From Candidatus Poribacteria bacterium (GTDB lineage Bacteria; Poribacteria; WGA-4E; WGA-3G), in assembly GCA_965242965.1 (NCBI GenBank), contig OZ251518.1, forward strand, positions 3,424,001-3,488,000: 64,000 nucleotides of DNA. Reading direction: 5' to 3'. The first letter of the stretch is position 1; each line of letters begins with the position of its first letter. Below are positions 62,639 through 64,000 of this stretch, piece after piece. A program made the translations under genes and the position numbers. The notes under the pieces were generated by a model, which did no database searches, was not told the DNA's origin, and saw only the letters and a list, made by a program, of their open reading frames with translations.

Positions 62639-64000
62639 ATGAAACAATTAACCCTGAAACCACACCACAAACCGGTGCGCGAATACTACGCCACGCTGAA
62701 GGCATACGCCGCCCGCGATATCAAGCACGAAGGCGCAGTCAGCACGCCGTTCCAAGCACTGCTCCACGCCTGCGCGAAGCAAGTAGAGGCCACCCTCGTG
62801 CCGCAATACGCGGTCCGCACCGAAACCGGCACTCGGATTGTCATCGATGGCATGCTCCTCGATGCCTACGGGCTCCCCCTCGCCGCCTGCGAATTTAAAG
62901 ACGTTGACGACGATTTGCCGAAAGCCGTGCAAGAGAAATTCGCCGTCGGCTATCCCGACGATAACATCTTCTTCCAAACGCCAGAACGCGGGATTCTTTA
63001 CCAAAACGGGCAAAAAGTGCTTGACGCAGACCTCGGGGACCCGGGGCAATTATGCGACGCGCTTGAAAAGTTGTTCGCGAATCCGCACACGGCGATTGAA
63101 AATTGGCATGCCGCTGTCGCCGAATTCAAGGAGAAAGTGCCGGCACTCGGGGCGGAACTGACGCAGCGCATCGCCGCGGAGCGCGAGACGAACGCGGCGT
63201 ATCGCGATGCGTTCGCCGATTTCTATGCGCACTGCCGCGCCTCCATCAACCCGAACCTCTCGCAAGCCGCCGTGGAGGAGATGCTGACGCAACATATTTT
63301 GACAGAACGCACCTTCCGCACCGTTTTCGCCAATCCGGATTTCACGCGGCGGAATATCATCGCCCGCGAGATTGAAAACGTCATTGACGCGCTCACCTCG
63401 CAGGCATTTAGTCGGCACGAGTTCCTGGCAAGCCTCGATCCGTTCTATCTCGCCATTGAGCAGGCATCGCTGTTGTGCAAAGATTTTTCCCAGAAACAGC
63501 ACTTCCTGAACACCGTTTACGAGCAGTTTTTTCAAGGGTTTTCTGTCGCTGTGGCCGATACGCACGGCATCGTCTACACGCCGCAACCCCTCGTCGATTT
63601 CATGGTGAAGAGCGTCAATTATGTCCTCCAAGAAGAATTCGGCAAGACGGTATCCGATAGCGGCGTGCATCTCATCGATGCCTTTGTCGGCACCGGAAAC
63701 TTCATCGTCCGGCTGATGCGCGAGATCGATGGCCGAGCCTTGAAACGGAAATACCGCGAGGAACTGCATTGCAATGAAGTCCTCCTGCTGCCCTACTACA
63801 TCGCCAGCATGAACATTGAGCACGAATATTTTCAAGCGACGCAGTCCTACCTGCCGTTTGAGAAGATCTGCCTCGTGGACACTTTCGATACGTTTGATGT
63901 GCGCGATGCACCGAACCAGACCGGGCAGTTTGCCTATTTCTCGCAGGCGAATACCCTGCGCGTGGAGGAGCAGAAAGCCACACCGATGTTCGTCGTCATC
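62639..64000 (+). CDS. Type ISP/IIL-like restriction-modification N6-adenine methyltransferase (runs off window end)
   Basis: Translated by eye at the start and at motifs: MKQLTLKPHHKPVREYY...YEQFFQGF...HGIVYTPQPLVDFMV...IDAFVGTGNFI...NEVLLLPYYIASMNIE...FVVI. Not in the ORF track because no stop falls inside the window. Confidence 0.85.
   Translation, partial: MKQLTLKPHHKPVREYYATLKAYAARDIKHEGAVSTPFQALLHACAKQVEATLVPQYAVRTETGTRIVIDGMLLDAYGLPLAACEFKDVDDDLPKAVQEKFAVGYPDDNIFFQTPERGILYQNGQKVLDADLGDPGQLCDALEKLFANPHTAIENWHAAVAEFKEKVPALGAELTQRIAAERETNAAYRDAFADFYAHCRASINPNLSQAAVEEMLTQHILTERTFRTVFANPDFTRRNIIAREIENVIDALTSQAFSRHEFLASLDPFYLAIEQASLLCKDFSQKQHFLNTVYEQFFQGFSVAVADTHGIVYTPQPLVDFMVKSVNYVLQEEFGKTVSDSGVHLIDAFVGTGNFIVRLMREIDGRALKRKYREELHCNEVLLLPYYIASMNIEHEYFQATQSYLPFEKICLVDTFDTFDVRDAPNQTGQFAYFSQANTLRVEEQKATPMFVVI

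Overview
Bacterial chromosomal window spanning the replication origin (dnaA-oriC-recF-dciA-gyrB-gyrA, with no dnaN). It also holds housekeeping genes (hisZ-hisG-hisS, holA, thrC, argF, hisC, ispH), a small defence cluster (PD-(D/E)XK protein, two tandem Rpn-family paralogues, Type IIG R-M), a second partial R-M gene, a 2207-aa SprA-like outer-membrane protein divergent from a large lamin-tail-domain secreted protein, a GH2, a sulfatase and several secreted proteins. Gene style and repeats suggest Candidatus Poribacteria (inference from recall, not tested). Intergenic DNA is saturated with several families of GTAG-tagged REP-like palindromes, 9-bp-unit inverted arrays and a MITE-like element (GAGGGTGTTTCATA ends, 8-bp target duplications) carrying REP cargo. 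Main observations: (1) REP palindromes sit in frame inside hisC, hisG, gyrB and a TPR gene and supply stops/starts to other genes; (2) a probable selenoprotein (UGA plus SECIS-like hairpin) whose read-through stop overlaps the holA start; (3) Rpn paralogues with an internal SD+ATG and divergent C-termini (gene-in-gene antitoxin pattern); (4) a C7 tract that puts the lamin-tail gene out of frame (phase-variation candidate); (5) an SprA-like translocon with long Gly/Tyr-rich inserts; (6) an oriC built mostly from variant TTATGCACA boxes. All calls come from reading sequence and motifs by eye; no database searches were run.
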